Assembly: GCA_977020255.1 (NCBI GenBank)
Contig: CDROCS010006891.1
Coordinates: 1 to 64,000, forward strand
DNA: 64,000 nucleotides
DNA from: Obrimoposthia wandeli
Lineage: Eukaryota
Direction: 5' to 3'
The notes under the pieces are model-generated. The model was not told the origin of the DNA. It made no database searches and was given only the letters and a program-made list of their open reading frames with translations. Below are positions 20,806-30,775 of the stretch, in pieces (position 1 is the stretch's first letter; every line of letters starts with the position of its first letter). The position numbers and the translations under genes were made by a program.

Positions 20806-23139
20806 TTACGAGAGTGAAAAATCAACAGATTCGGGGGGAGTATCAGTGATGACCGAGACTTTGTCTCTGCCCGTTTGTTTCGAGATATAGAGGGCTTTAT
20901 CTACCTGTATTAAGGTTTTATTAGTACTCAATGAAGCAAGCATGCCTGAAACCCCTGCACTGGCAGTCAGTTTTCCTATTATCTCGAAGGAATGCGTCCG
21001 TATTAAATTAAGCAATTTTTCAGCTAAATTGGCCGCCTCGGTTGTAGAGGTATGAGGACAGATGAGAATAAACTCTTCGCCACCCCAACGGCCCACGTAG
21101 TCTACATCGCGGCAATTATTTTGGAGAATACCAGCAAACTCCACCAACACTGCATCGCCGACGATATGCCCATAGGTGTCGTTCACTTTTTTAAAAAAGT
21201 CGATATCTAATAAAACGATGGCAACATCTGTATTATAACGATTATTTTCTGCTTTCTTATCAGCGAGCACTTCGTCAATTTTAACGCGGTTATATAGGCC
21301 TGTTAATTTGTCCGTTATTGAAAGCGCAGTGAGATATCGGTTTAGTTTTCGAAGGTGATAATAGTGGTAAATGAAACCGATAGATAACAGGGATAGCCCA
21401 CCGGCTAATTGCCACATTAAAGTATAATTAAAAGCGGTATCATGTTTGACTGATACCCACTGATTGTAAACAGCTTGTTTATCCTCGATAGTGATGCTTT
21501 GTACTAGCTTATCAAAAACTTCCTGTAGTAGTGGTTCATCATTACGTGTTGCTATAGACAAGTGCAGGTCATCGTCTAAGCGCGAAGATATTTTTAAAGT
21601 GCCATTGAAATCCTTTTGTATAGAACTGCCAATCGACATAAGATTATCAATATAGCCATACAAAAGGCCGTTTTCTACTTGCTTTAAGCCATCGCTGATA
21701 GAATCTACTTCAACAATCTTAATTCCTGGTATCGCTTTACGTAAATTTTCCACCTTTGCGTAGCCCTTTACGACGCCAAATTTTTGATCTAGGATGCGTG
21801 ATAAGCCACTGATAAAACCTTTGTCATTCGTCGTCGCCATGACGATAGGTACCGTCAGGTATGGGGTGGTGAAATCCATATAGGTTGCTCGTTTTGGTGC
21901 GCTGGCGACTAATGATAAAATATCACATTGGCGTTGTTCAGCTTTTTCCATTGATTCATGCCAGCTTTTTGTCTCGACTAGCTGTATGGGAATAGGTAGT
22001 AGTGAGCCGAACGTTGAAATAATATCAGCAGCAATGCCTATATGCTTACCGTTATGAAGGCTTTCTAATGGCATCCAGTCGGGGTCAATACACATTTTGA
22101 TCGCATTTTTGTTTTTTAAATAGCGTTTTTGCTCTTCATTAAAAGTAACAATATGATCATTTTTATGTAGGAATTCGTCAAATGTAAATGCTTTCAGCTC
22201 TAGATGTTCTGGAAATAAGCCATTGTATTGTAGTTGCTTAATCACACGTGAAGTTAAATCTTGGTTTATGGCGCCTATCTTGAAAAGATCTAGTAGCATC
22301 ATCTTTTTGGTTATGGCAGCTTCATGGGTTAGTGCCGCCACGGATTTTCTTTTAGAGTATTTACTATATATAACAGCAATGGTTTCTTGCGGGTTATCTA
22401 ATGCATAGCGCCAGCCCTGGTTAGACGCCTCAATAAATTTTTGCGTTCTATTGGGGTGCTGTGACGCTTCATTTTGCGAGGTGAAGAGATTAACAGCACT
22501 CATCAAAAAACCAAAATTGGTAGGATCAATAATATTATAGTCAATATTTAGCCGGTCAAGTTCAAAAAGTTGGTTAGTTCTAAAAGCGCTCATCGCATCA
22601 ACTTTACGCTGTATGAAATCATTTACACTATAGGTGTGTTCAACAAATTTAGTGTTTTCAGAAGTAGCATTAAAACGGTCCAACAAAAAGGCTAATGAGC
22701 TGTATGTAAGCTCATTTTTTGTTCCCATAATTGTTTTTCCAACCAAGTCATTTGGCGTTTTTATCGCTTTAGTAGTGACAAACACAAGTGGTGATTGTTG
22801 GAAGTAGGTCGCCATTAGAACAATAGGTGTAAATTTTCCTTCATCAATAATCACACTCGAATTATGAATACCGTAGTTGCTAGTCTGAGCGAGGACATTT
22901 TTAACGACATTGGTTCCTGGTTGATATTCTATTAATTCAACATCTAAACCAGATTTGTTATAAAAACCTTTTTCTTTTGCCATAATGAACCCAGCAAATT
23001 CGAATTGATATTTCCAGTCGAGTTGTAATGATACTTTTTCTAACACAGAGGCTCTAACCGCTAAAGGCGAGTAGAGAAGAAGAGACGTAATGCAAATGAA
23101 GAGGAGACGCTTTACATGACCTGAAAGGTAAGTGCACAT
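20806..23139 (-). CDS. Diguanylate cyclase with periplasmic NMT1/THI5-like and family-3 PBP sensor domains
   Basis: LQLDWKYQFEFAGFIMAKEKGFY (NMT1-like), CIDPDWMPLE (PBPb), TM, then GGEEF with RxxD I-site (RDVD). Confidence 0.9.
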   Translation of the reverse strand: MCTYLSGHVKRLLFICITSLLLYSPLAVRASVLEKVSLQLDWKYQFEFAGFIMAKEKGFYNKSGLDVELIEYQPGTNVVKNVLAQTSNYGIHNSSVIIDEGKFTPIVLMATYFQQSPLVFVTTKAIKTPNDLVGKTIMGTKNELTYSSLAFLLDRFNATSENTKFVEHTYSVNDFIQRKVDAMSAFRTNQLFELDRLNIDYNIIDPTNFGFLMSAVNLFTSQNEASQHPNRTQKFIEASNQGWRYALDNPQETIAVIYSKYSKRKSVAALTHEAAITKKMMLLDLFKIGAINQDLTSRVIKQLQYNGLFPEHLELKAFTFDEFLHKNDHIVTFNEEQKRYLKNKNAIKMCIDPDWMPLESLHNGKHIGIAADIISTFGSLLPIPIQLVETKSWHESMEKAEQRQCDILSLVASAPKRATYMDFTTPYLTVPIVMATTNDKGFISGLSRILDQKFGVVKGYAKVENLRKAIPGIKIVEVDSISDGLKQVENGLLYGYIDNLMSIGSSIQKDFNGTLKISSRLDDDLHLSIATRNDEPLLQEVFDKLVQSITIEDKQAVYNQWVSVKHDTAFNYTLMWQLAGGLSLLSIGFIYHYYHLRKLNRYLTALSITDKLTGLYNRVKIDEVLADKKAENNRYNTDVAIVLLDIDFFKKVNDTYGHIVGDAVLVEFAGILQNNCRDVDYVGRWGGEEFILICPHTSTTEAANLAEKLLNLIRTHSFEIIGKLTASAGVSGMLASLSTNKTLIQVDKALYISKQTGRDKVSVITDTPPESVDFSLS

Positions 23140-23372
23140 AAGTCGATTATACCCAGAATTTGAAGTTCAACAAAGTTGCTTTAGTCAAAATATGTTTATT
23201 ATTCATATAATAATAGCCTACAGTAGCATTTATGTCTATGTGCATAACCCAAAGCTTTACGCTGAGAAAAATACTGAAAGTGATAAAGTAGTTCTGGGAA
23301 ACAATCGCCAACCTCCTGTTTTATGTTTACCTTTTCCCTAGCTATCTTCATAGTATTTAAATCCTGCTATTT

Positions 23373-23387
23373 AAATAATTATCATTA
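23373..23387. promoter_or_regulatory. Putative Fur box (weaker)
   Basis: Minus strand TAATGATAATTATTT. Confidence 0.45.
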
Positions 23388-23401
23388 CCAATCAAGAGTT
23401 A

Positions 23402-23415
23402 CTGATCTACATCAA
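23402..23415. promoter_or_regulatory. Putative FNR box upstream of feoA
   Basis: CTGAT-CTAC-ATCAA vs TTGAT-N4-ATCAA (9/10). Confidence 0.6.
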
Positions 23416-23452
23416 TAAATAAAATATTTATCGTAGTAGGATTACACTCAAA

Positions 23453-23467
23453 TGATAATAAGTATCA
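23453..23467. promoter_or_regulatory. Putative Fur box upstream of feoA
   Basis: TGATAAT-A-AGTATCA vs 7-1-7 consensus TGATAAT-N-ATTATCA (one mismatch). Confidence 0.7.
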
Positions 23468-23535
23468 CTTAGTCTTACTTTGAGATTAAATTAAATATAT
23501 AAACAAGGGCTGAGAATGCCGTATTTGGATGAATA

Positions 23536-23823
23536 ATGATGATCCGTTCAATATTCAATAACTCAAAGGCATTATCATCTGAAGACTCAGTTATGCCGCC
23601 AGTCGCAGTTAGCAACTTATCACAAGCAAAAATCGGTGTAGGTTATATTATCACGGGAGTGATTCCTGGCGATGCTGACATTGCTAATTTCCTATTCACA
23701 CTAGGTTGCTTTCAAGGTGAAACGATCACATTGATCTCGATACTCTCTGACAGTTACGTGATTAGCATTAAAGATGCGAGATATAGCATTGGAAGTGATT
23801 TAGCTGAAGCAGTGCTTATCTAA
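23536..23823 (+). CDS. feoA: Ferrous iron transport protein A
   Basis: SH3-like FeoA pattern (FLFTLGCFQGETITL...IKDARYSIG) directly upstream of feoB. Confidence 0.85.
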   Translation: MMIRSIFNNSKALSSEDSVMPPVAVSNLSQAKIGVGYIITGVIPGDADIANFLFTLGCFQGETITLISILSDSYVISIKDARYSIGSDLAEAVLI

Positions 23824-23943
23824 CCTTATTTAAACCTTTCATATAATCAAAGCATATTAAGGCGGCAATCCATCTGTAGCGGGTTTTACGCAAATAACGT
23901 TAATGATTATTGATTTTATTATTATTATGCCAGGAAGTTTATT

Positions 23944-25947
23944 TTGAAAATTGCATTAGCTGGTAATCCTAATAGTGGAAAAACTACCTTATTCAACGCG
24001 TTAACGGGTAAAGCTGCGCATGTAGGAAACTGGGCAGGCGTCACAGTCGATAAAAAAGAAGGGCAAGTAAAGGCAAGTTTCAATAAAACCAATACAGATA
24101 TAATGGCAATTGATCTACCCGGTGCTTACTCAATGTCTCCTTTTTCATCAGAGGAGGCAATAACACGAGATTTTGTGAAAAATGAAAAACCAGATGTAAT
24201 TCTTAATATTATTGATGCAACAAACCTAAGTCGTAGTCTATTTCTCACTACACAGCTGTTAGAGCTTAATATTCCGCTTGTCATTGCACTGAACAAAAGT
24301 GATTTAACCAAAAGTAAAAACATAGTAATTGATATTAAGAAATTAAGTGAATTGCTTGGGTGTCCAATCGTTGAAACGACATCCACAAATAGCTTCAAAA
24401 ATGGTTTGTCTAATGTTATTTCTGTTGCCGTAGAGCGAGTAGGTAAACAACAAAGAGCCGCTTTTGTTAAAGGTGACGTAGCGTTAAGCGACGAAAAGTT
24501 AGTTAAAGCTTCAGGCATTAAACGTTTTAAATTTGCAAACTACATCGTAGAAAAAGTAGAACAAAAACAAGTTAAAAATAGTGCACATTCATTACAAGAT
24601 ACTGTGGATAGAGTTGTCGCAAATAAATGGCTAGGTTTACCTGTTTTTGCACTAATCATGTGGACTGTATTTTCTATATCACAAACCTACTTAGGGCCGC
24701 TTTTAGCTGATTTTTTGGTCGGTTGGATTGATGCGTTTTATGGTTTGGTTGCAGGATTATTAGGTGATGATGTTTCTCCAGTATTAGGTGCGTTATTGCT
24801 AGACGGGATAATCGGTGGTGTTGGCGCAGTAATCGGCTTTCTACCGTTGATCATGGTATTGTTTTTCTTGCTCGCATTACTTGAAGATTGTGGTTATATG
24901 GCCCGTGTTGCCGTCATTATGGATCGCTTTTTTAAACACCTTGGTTTATCTGGTAAATCAATTATCCCAATGGTTATTGGTACAGGGTGTGCTATCCCAG
25001 GCATCATGGCGACAAGAACAATACAAAACGAACGACAAAGAAGAACTACAGCGATGTTAACGCCATTTATGCCTTGCGGAGCGAAACTTCCGGTGATTGC
25101 ATTATTTGCAGGTGTTTTCTTTAATGATGCAGCATGGGTTGGAACCTCTATGTACTTCTTAGGTATTGCAATCATCACTATTGGAGCATTAATTGTGGTG
25201 CGCATTACTGGTGAAAAAAATGCACGGTCATTCTTTATTATGGAATTACCTGAGTATCGATTCCCAAGTATAAAACGTGCGATTACCTCTACTCTTTCGA
25301 GAGCAAAATCATTCATTATTAAAGCTGCTACTATTATTTTGTTATGCAATGCTGTCGTGCAAGTCATGCAAACCTTTAACTGGCAATTAGATGTTGTCGG
25401 CGAAGGTGCTGCTGGTACAAGCATTCTGGCGAGTGTTGCATCACCATTTGCATTATTGCTCGTTCCACTTGGGTTTGGTGTATGGCAATTGGCAGCGGCT
25501 GCAATCACCGGTTTTATTGCAAAAGAAAATGTGGTGGGGACATTAGCCGTTGTTTATGGCATTACTAACTTTATTGATACACAAGAGCTGACATTAATTG
25601 CGGGTGGTTCTAATGTAGCAAGCGTAATGGGATTATCTTCAGTGGCTGCATTATCGTACTTGATATTTAACCTTTTTACACCGCCATGTTTTGCGGCTTT
25701 AGGGGCAATGAACTCAGAAATGGAAGATAAAAAATGGTTATGCGGGGGAGTCGCATTCCAATTTGGCATGGGTTATGTGGTTGCATTTATTACTTACCAA
25801 GTGGGAACATTAATCACAACGGGCGCTTTTGGCCAAGGCTTTATATACGGTCTAGTGGTTGCTTTAGTATTGATAGGCACTTTGCTCTTTTTCATGTCCA
25901 AAGGTGAAGATATAGCTCAACAAAAGTTAAATACGTATAACACATAG
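23944..25947 (+). CDS. feoB: Ferrous iron transport protein B
   Basis: GNPNSGKTT, VGNWAGVT, DLPG, NKSD G-motifs; EDCGYMAR, PFMPCGAKLP, PPCFAA. Confidence 0.96.
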   Translation: MKIALAGNPNSGKTTLFNALTGKAAHVGNWAGVTVDKKEGQVKASFNKTNTDIMAIDLPGAYSMSPFSSEEAITRDFVKNEKPDVILNIIDATNLSRSLFLTTQLLELNIPLVIALNKSDLTKSKNIVIDIKKLSELLGCPIVETTSTNSFKNGLSNVISVAVERVGKQQRAAFVKGDVALSDEKLVKASGIKRFKFANYIVEKVEQKQVKNSAHSLQDTVDRVVANKWLGLPVFALIMWTVFSISQTYLGPLLADFLVGWIDAFYGLVAGLLGDDVSPVLGALLLDGIIGGVGAVIGFLPLIMVLFFLLALLEDCGYMARVAVIMDRFFKHLGLSGKSIIPMVIGTGCAIPGIMATRTIQNERQRRTTAMLTPFMPCGAKLPVIALFAGVFFNDAAWVGTSMYFLGIAIITIGALIVVRITGEKNARSFFIMELPEYRFPSIKRAITSTLSRAKSFIIKAATIILLCNAVVQVMQTFNWQLDVVGEGAAGTSILASVASPFALLLVPLGFGVWQLAAAAITGFIAKENVVGTLAVVYGITNFIDTQELTLIAGGSNVASVMGLSSVAALSYLIFNLFTPPCFAALGAMNSEMEDKKWLCGGVAFQFGMGYVVAFITYQVGTLITTGAFGQGFIYGLVVALVLIGTLLFFMSKGEDIAQQKLNTYNT

Positions 25948-25954
25948 TAGATTA

Positions 25955-26146
25955 GTGATGACAAATATAATGGTATTAAGCGTGATCATATTGATCATAT
26001 CGCTCTCTATATTAAAGATAATTAGTGAGAAGCGTAAAGGCTCAACATGTATTGGATGTTCTGAAAGTGGTAAATGTAGCTCATATAAATCAACGAAACA
26101 AACGGCTTTTATTAGTCAAAATATAGAAATAAAACAAATCTTGTAG
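25955..26146 (+). CDS. FeoB-associated Cys-rich membrane protein
   Basis: One TM helix then KGSTCIGCSESGKC, 7 bp after the feoB stop. Confidence 0.82.
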   Translation: MMTNIMVLSVIILIISLSILKIISEKRKGSTCIGCSESGKCSSYKSTKQTAFISQNIEIKQIL

Positions 26147-26339
26147 CGGTGAAGTGCATTATAAATTCTGTTGATTGATAGCTTTCAAGTTCACATCCAT
26201 TGTGAATGCTATTGGCCCAATATTGATTAGATGTAATGAGGTAATCTATCTTGAAGAGCAGTGAACATTCCGCAACTCTCTTTACACTAAGAAACCTTTG
26301 ACTGGACTATTTAGCTCATGCCTAAAACGAAGATCGCTA

Positions 26340-26437
26340 GGTTACGTTGATTAATACTTAATATCCGAATTCTTGAAGATCTCATTGAAATGATTAACCT
26401 CAAAGGTAAGCATTATCCGCAGCACATTATCCTTGCC
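26340..26437 (+). mobile_element. Truncated IS6-family 5' end (terminal IR plus first 16 transposase codons)
   Basis: GGTTACGTTGATTAAT IR-like end; ATG at 26390 gives MINLKGKHYPQHIILA, similar to MISFKGTHYPKEIILY of the IS6 copy at 49864. Confidence 0.65.
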
Positions 26438-26462
26438 ACAGAACAAATTTTGTTTCTAAACA

Positions 26463-27488
26463 TCAGTTTTCCGCTGTTGCTTTTATCCAGTTGGCGATAT
26501 GGACAAGGGATTGCGGAGCAAAAGCATCTCGGCCCAAACTCATAAACACGTACTGGAGATACCAGGGCCAATCAGACGAGATTTGGTAGTTAAACCAATC
26601 CGTACGCAGCAAGCCGTGAGTTGCTTTTGGAACCAAAACAACGTTTCTATCTTGGGTAAGCGGCTTTAACTGTTCTTGGAAGATCACTGAGTCTGAATGA
26701 GCGTCAACATTTAGGTCATCCTCACCCCAAATTGCGAGCACTGGGCCCTTCATGTCAGAGATTATGCCTGAAGAGTCTTCCCAATATGCACCAGCAACAA
26801 ATCTAAATCGTGCAGGGGCCATCCCTGTGTTTGGTGTGGGTGCTGCAGTTGCTGCAAATAGCGCATCGTATCTGAGACTTCGATCTGTCAAATGCTGTTC
26901 AATTACCATTAAATCAACCCCCTGTGTTTCCATTCTCACACGGCTATAGTATCTACCTTGATCCCGCCACGATACGGCTCCTCCGACGATAACCGTGAAT
27001 GCAGGCTCAATTCGATTTGCAACACGTGGAAGTACCCAACCCGCCTGAGAGAATCCCAAGAAACCGATCTGATCGGTTTCTATATCGGCTTGGGCAGAAA
27101 TGGCCTGTAATGCAGCCAACGCCTCATCAGCTCGATCATCCATGGTTTGGTTTAACCAGTTGCCTGTACTCTCCCCGATACCAGCTTTGTCCCAAGAGAA
27201 TACCCCAATACCGGCATCCACCAAGGTGTTAATAAGAGGAAGGTACCCACCACCGGAAAATCGATCCTGCGCGCCATCGCCGTGGATGATAAGGGCGATA
27301 GAAGGGCTTATGGCGTCCATGGGCATCACCAACGTTCCTGACAACAAAATATCATCCAGTTCAAACGAGACTTCTCTGATGCTATGTTCTGTGAGATCAA
27401 AGTCGGATAGGCCACTGATCACCCAAAATGCGGCTCCGCTAGCTGTTATGAGCATCACGGATATCAGTGAGAGTAAAATTTTTTTCAT
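26463..27488 (-). CDS. Membrane-anchored/secreted alpha/beta hydrolase
   Basis: IHGDG, WDKAGIGES, GFSQAG nucleophile elbow, DLNV, HGL. Confidence 0.85.
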   Translation of the reverse strand: MKKILLSLISVMLITASGAAFWVISGLSDFDLTEHSIREVSFELDDILLSGTLVMPMDAISPSIALIIHGDGAQDRFSGGGYLPLINTLVDAGIGVFSWDKAGIGESTGNWLNQTMDDRADEALAALQAISAQADIETDQIGFLGFSQAGWVLPRVANRIEPAFTVIVGGAVSWRDQGRYYSRVRMETQGVDLMVIEQHLTDRSLRYDALFAATAAPTPNTGMAPARFRFVAGAYWEDSSGIISDMKGPVLAIWGEDDLNVDAHSDSVIFQEQLKPLTQDRNVVLVPKATHGLLRTDWFNYQISSDWPWYLQYVFMSLGRDAFAPQSLVHIANWIKATAEN

Positions 27489-27616
27489 GTCAGTTGACTC
27501 GATTTTTGATCAGTTATGGATTTGAAATAACTTGGCAGCGATGACAATCTGCCCAAGTTAATCTGCAAGTGCTCATCCATCAAGTAGACAGTGTGTTACG
27601 TGCAACTACTTGGAGC

Positions 27617-28138
27617 TCAGTCCTCATAAAAGATGTGCACATTTACGGGACCAGGGTATACCGAGGCCTGTAAGAAGTCGGGCTCAGATTCAAGACGAGA
27701 TGCCCCGGTTGCTCCAACTCCTTCCAACAGGTGATTATCATGGAAGTTTAAATCTTCATCACTATTTTCATCGTGAAACACGAACACTGCATATGGCCCA
27801 GCATCCAGTTCCGGGAAGGAATGAGTTAAACGATTGGCCTTGGCAGGAAGTTCTACAACTGCGATAGCACTGTTGATCTGTAGGTTTTCAAATGCATTTT
27901 TTTCGTCAAATACCACAACAACGACATTACCAACTTCATTTCGAATATTATCTACTGTCAGACTCACTCCTTGTGAAAGGGCCGGGATGGCAACGCTTAC
28001 AAGTGAAAGAAGTAAGGAAATGTGTAAAAAACTACGTTTCATTGAATTTATCCTGTTTTGGTTCCTCCAGCGGGAAGAGTTTTGGTTTAGGTTTTTATGC
28101 TTTGAAGTTAACTCAAGGTTCAGCGTGCGAGGATCCAA
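27617..28138 (-). CDS. DUF2141 family protein; true start may be the internal Met of MKRSFLH
   Basis: Signal peptide; V.NIRNEVGNVVVVVF...GPYAVFVFHDENSDEDL...EGVG pattern. Confidence 0.75.
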   Translation of the reverse strand: MDPRTLNLELTSKHKNLNQNSSRWRNQNRINSMKRSFLHISLLLSLVSVAIPALSQGVSLTVDNIRNEVGNVVVVVFDEKNAFENLQINSAIAVVELPAKANRLTHSFPELDAGPYAVFVFHDENSDEDLNFHDNHLLEGVGATGASRLESEPDFLQASVYPGPVNVHIFYED

Positions 28139-29166
28139 GCGGTTACTGTCGTCAAAGCCTCTTCATCAACGGTCGTTTCGATCCATGGGTAGTCGTCGAT
28201 ACTGCCTGTTTGTGAAGGCTGAAAAAGGTGATTTAAGCCATTTAGCACAACAACATTCGAATTAGAATGCCGTAATATCAGCAGCGCTTCGGGCGCATTG
28301 TCTTTTGCAGATACTTGCAAATCGGTGCTGCCAAAAACAGCAAGCACAGGACCATCAAAGGCACGTAATGCAGGACGGGGATCGTAGGCGGCAGCGGAAA
28401 CACCCCATGGAGTCGCCCACAAATCCAACAATACTTTTCGATCCTTAGCAGTCGTATCTTCTTCGATCAGATAAGTATCAAGCTGCGTACGTATATCTGC
28501 GACTGAACTATTCCCTTGGAGAATCTCTGTGAGTTTTGCCACTTGGCGGCGGGCTTGTGAAATTACCGACGCATCAGCGCCGGTTGACTTTAGAATATCG
28601 GTATATTGTGTTGTCATAACATCTGGCAGCAATGGTTTCACGGGGCCGGCCAACAGCACCATAAAGGCAACAGGAGCGTCTTGGGCTGCTGCGGGCGCGA
28701 TGTAGCCACCTTCTGAATGGCCTATGATGCCTATGTTATCTGATGAAATGTCAGGTAGCGCTGTCAGCCACCGCACAGCCCCAGCGGTATCTGCTGCAAA
28801 GTCTTGAATGGTTGCCGATGCGTAGTCGCCCGTGCTTTTGCCAACACCCCGGTCATCATATCGCAGCACAGCGAAACCAGCACGCGTCAAATAATCCGAC
28901 CACACCAAAAACGGGCGGTGACCGACGACTTCCTCATTGCGATTTTGCGGGCCTGATCCAGATACCAGTACTATAGTCTTGAACGGTCCTCCTGTATTTG
29001 GCATCGTTAACTCTCCCGCAAGGGTGACGCCCGAGCCACCCGTGAATTTTATTTGTTCGATTTGATAGGGCCTATCTTTTGGATCTTGCGGTCGGCCCAT
29101 AAGGTTCACTATGGCGGCGCAACTAGACAGCATGGACAAAAGGGCTAAGAGTGATAGGTATTTCAT
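28120..29166 (-). CDS. Lipoprotein alpha/beta hydrolase
   Basis: Lipobox LSSC, SGSGPQNR, RYDDRGVGKS, GHSEGG, DLQV, GLNHLFQ. Confidence 0.88.
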   Translation of the reverse strand: MKYLSLLALLSMLSSCAAIVNLMGRPQDPKDRPYQIEQIKFTGGSGVTLAGELTMPNTGGPFKTIVLVSGSGPQNRNEEVVGHRPFLVWSDYLTRAGFAVLRYDDRGVGKSTGDYASATIQDFAADTAGAVRWLTALPDISSDNIGIIGHSEGGYIAPAAAQDAPVAFMVLLAGPVKPLLPDVMTTQYTDILKSTGADASVISQARRQVAKLTEILQGNSSVADIRTQLDTYLIEEDTTAKDRKVLLDLWATPWGVSAAAYDPRPALRAFDGPVLAVFGSTDLQVSAKDNAPEALLILRHSNSNVVVLNGLNHLFQPSQTGSIDDYPWIETTVDEEALTTVTAWILAR

Positions 29167-29186
29167 TGTTTGGGTTCCGTTAATTT

Positions 29187-30050
29187 TTATTTTTTGCCTG
29201 GTGGGCGAAATGACAATCCGCCGAAGATAATTCGCAAGCGATCACCTATCGTTCGGTATTTCTTCACATCTCGCCAGATGTTGCCAAACTCTATAAAGGT
29301 GATCTTGACTGGGTTGTTGGTATTGATGTTACGTGTCAGCCCATAGATCACCTTTTCTTCTTCACGCGCGAAGGTTCTGAAAAGTTTGTCCCAAATAATC
29401 AGAATTCCTCCGTAATTCTTGTCGAGGTATTGTCGATTTGCCCCATGGTGAACGCGATGAACAGACGGCGTGTTGAAAATTTCATCCAACCAACCCAGTT
29501 TCGTGATCCGTTGTGTATGTATCCAGTGTTGGTACTGCGCGACGAGTACCAACCCGACGATGGCTTGAAATGGATTGAAGCCGATCAGGATCATCGGGAT
29601 TAGGAATACCCACTCAAAAAAACCTTCCAGTACGCTCAATCGGAGGCCGACAGTAAGATTGTAATCCTTTGAACTGTGATGGACGCTATGGCTAGCCCAA
29701 AGGATGCGGTGTTCATGTTCAAGGCGGTGCATCCAATAGTAGGTGAAGTCCGCAACCAGTAATGCCAGAAGCCATGTCCACGCTGTCATAGGAATGGCAA
29801 GTGCTGTAAAATAATAAAATGGCAACAACGCTACGAACCCAAGCGAAGCTAATGCGGTTCTTTCAATAATTTGATGGGCGACAAAGATGACTAAATTCGC
29901 CATTGTATCCTTCCAACGCCGTTCCTTTGAGGTGATCAAATCCAACAGAATTTCGATGCCAGTGATGGTGAGGTTGATGATGAACAGTGCAGCGACGAAC
30001 CACATGATCTGGTGTGACTCAAAAAAAGCCACTAGGGTGTCTATTGTCAT
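29187..30050 (-). CDS. Sterol desaturase/fatty-acid hydroxylase family (alkylglycerol monooxygenase-like)
   Basis: His boxes YWMHRLEH, HSVHH, HWIH, HRVHH; DKNYGGILIIWDKLF. Confidence 0.9.
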   Translation of the reverse strand: MTIDTLVAFFESHQIMWFVAALFIINLTITGIEILLDLITSKERRWKDTMANLVIFVAHQIIERTALASLGFVALLPFYYFTALAIPMTAWTWLLALLVADFTYYWMHRLEHEHRILWASHSVHHSSKDYNLTVGLRLSVLEGFFEWVFLIPMILIGFNPFQAIVGLVLVAQYQHWIHTQRITKLGWLDEIFNTPSVHRVHHGANRQYLDKNYGGILIIWDKLFRTFAREEEKVIYGLTRNINTNNPVKITFIEFGNIWRDVKKYRTIGDRLRIIFGGLSFRPPGKK

Positions 30051-30089
30051 GGGAAATCCTTCCTTACAAATATTTTTATTATTATGAGC

Positions 30090-30101
30090 GAACGATCGTT
30101 C
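30090..30101. promoter_or_regulatory. Perfect palindrome in the divergent promoter, probable TetR operator
   Basis: GAACGATCGTTC in the 85-bp gap between the desaturase and TetR genes. Confidence 0.55.
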
Positions 30102-30135
30102 ATTGTCCAGATATCAAATTCAGGATCGTTAAACC

Positions 30136-30720
30136 ATGTCCAATGAAGTCAAGTCTATACATCCGCGCAAGATTAAAATTTTGGAAGCAGCGGTTAGCTG
30201 TTTTCTTGAGAAAGGTTACCACCAGACTGGTGTGCGCGACATTGTAGGTCAAGCGGGTATCAGCCTTGGGAATCTCTACAACCACTTCAAAGGCAAAGAA
30301 GCGATATTGGTATTCATTGCCGAAATTGAAGGGCAGGAATTGTCAGGCTTTGTTGATCGGCTGTCAGGCAATGATGACCCACGCATCAGGCTGGAATGGT
30401 TTGTTAAAAAATACGCCGCATACGTATCACTCCCAGAGAATGCTCTGCTTGGTGTAGAGGTTTTGACGGAAGCATTGCGCAACCCAACTATTGCTGATGT
30501 GTTTGGTCGCAATCGCGACCAGTTGATTGCAGCCCTAGCTGATTGTCTCACGCAAGGGGGAAAATCAGGTGTGTTTGCCCCCCAAGCGGCCCCTAAAGTA
30601 GTTGCTTGTATTATCCTCGATGCATTGGAAGGTCATGGCTTGCGCAGCTTATCGTTGCCTTCAGGGGGCCACGAAAAGGATGCCATTGCAACCTTCATTT
30701 TGAATGGCTTGAAGCCGTGA
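30136..30720 (+). CDS. TetR/AcrR-family regulator
   Basis: ILEAAVSCFLEKGYHQTGVRDIVGQAGISLGNLYNHFKGKE. Confidence 0.93.
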   Translation: MSNEVKSIHPRKIKILEAAVSCFLEKGYHQTGVRDIVGQAGISLGNLYNHFKGKEAILVFIAEIEGQELSGFVDRLSGNDDPRIRLEWFVKKYAAYVSLPENALLGVEVLTEALRNPTIADVFGRNRDQLIAALADCLTQGGKSGVFAPQAAPKVVACIILDALEGHGLRSLSLPSGGHEKDAIATFILNGLKP

Positions 30721-30775
30721 TGCTTGAAGTTCGCTCGTTGAGAAACAGGAGTTCACTAAATTTGGGGATAAACGT

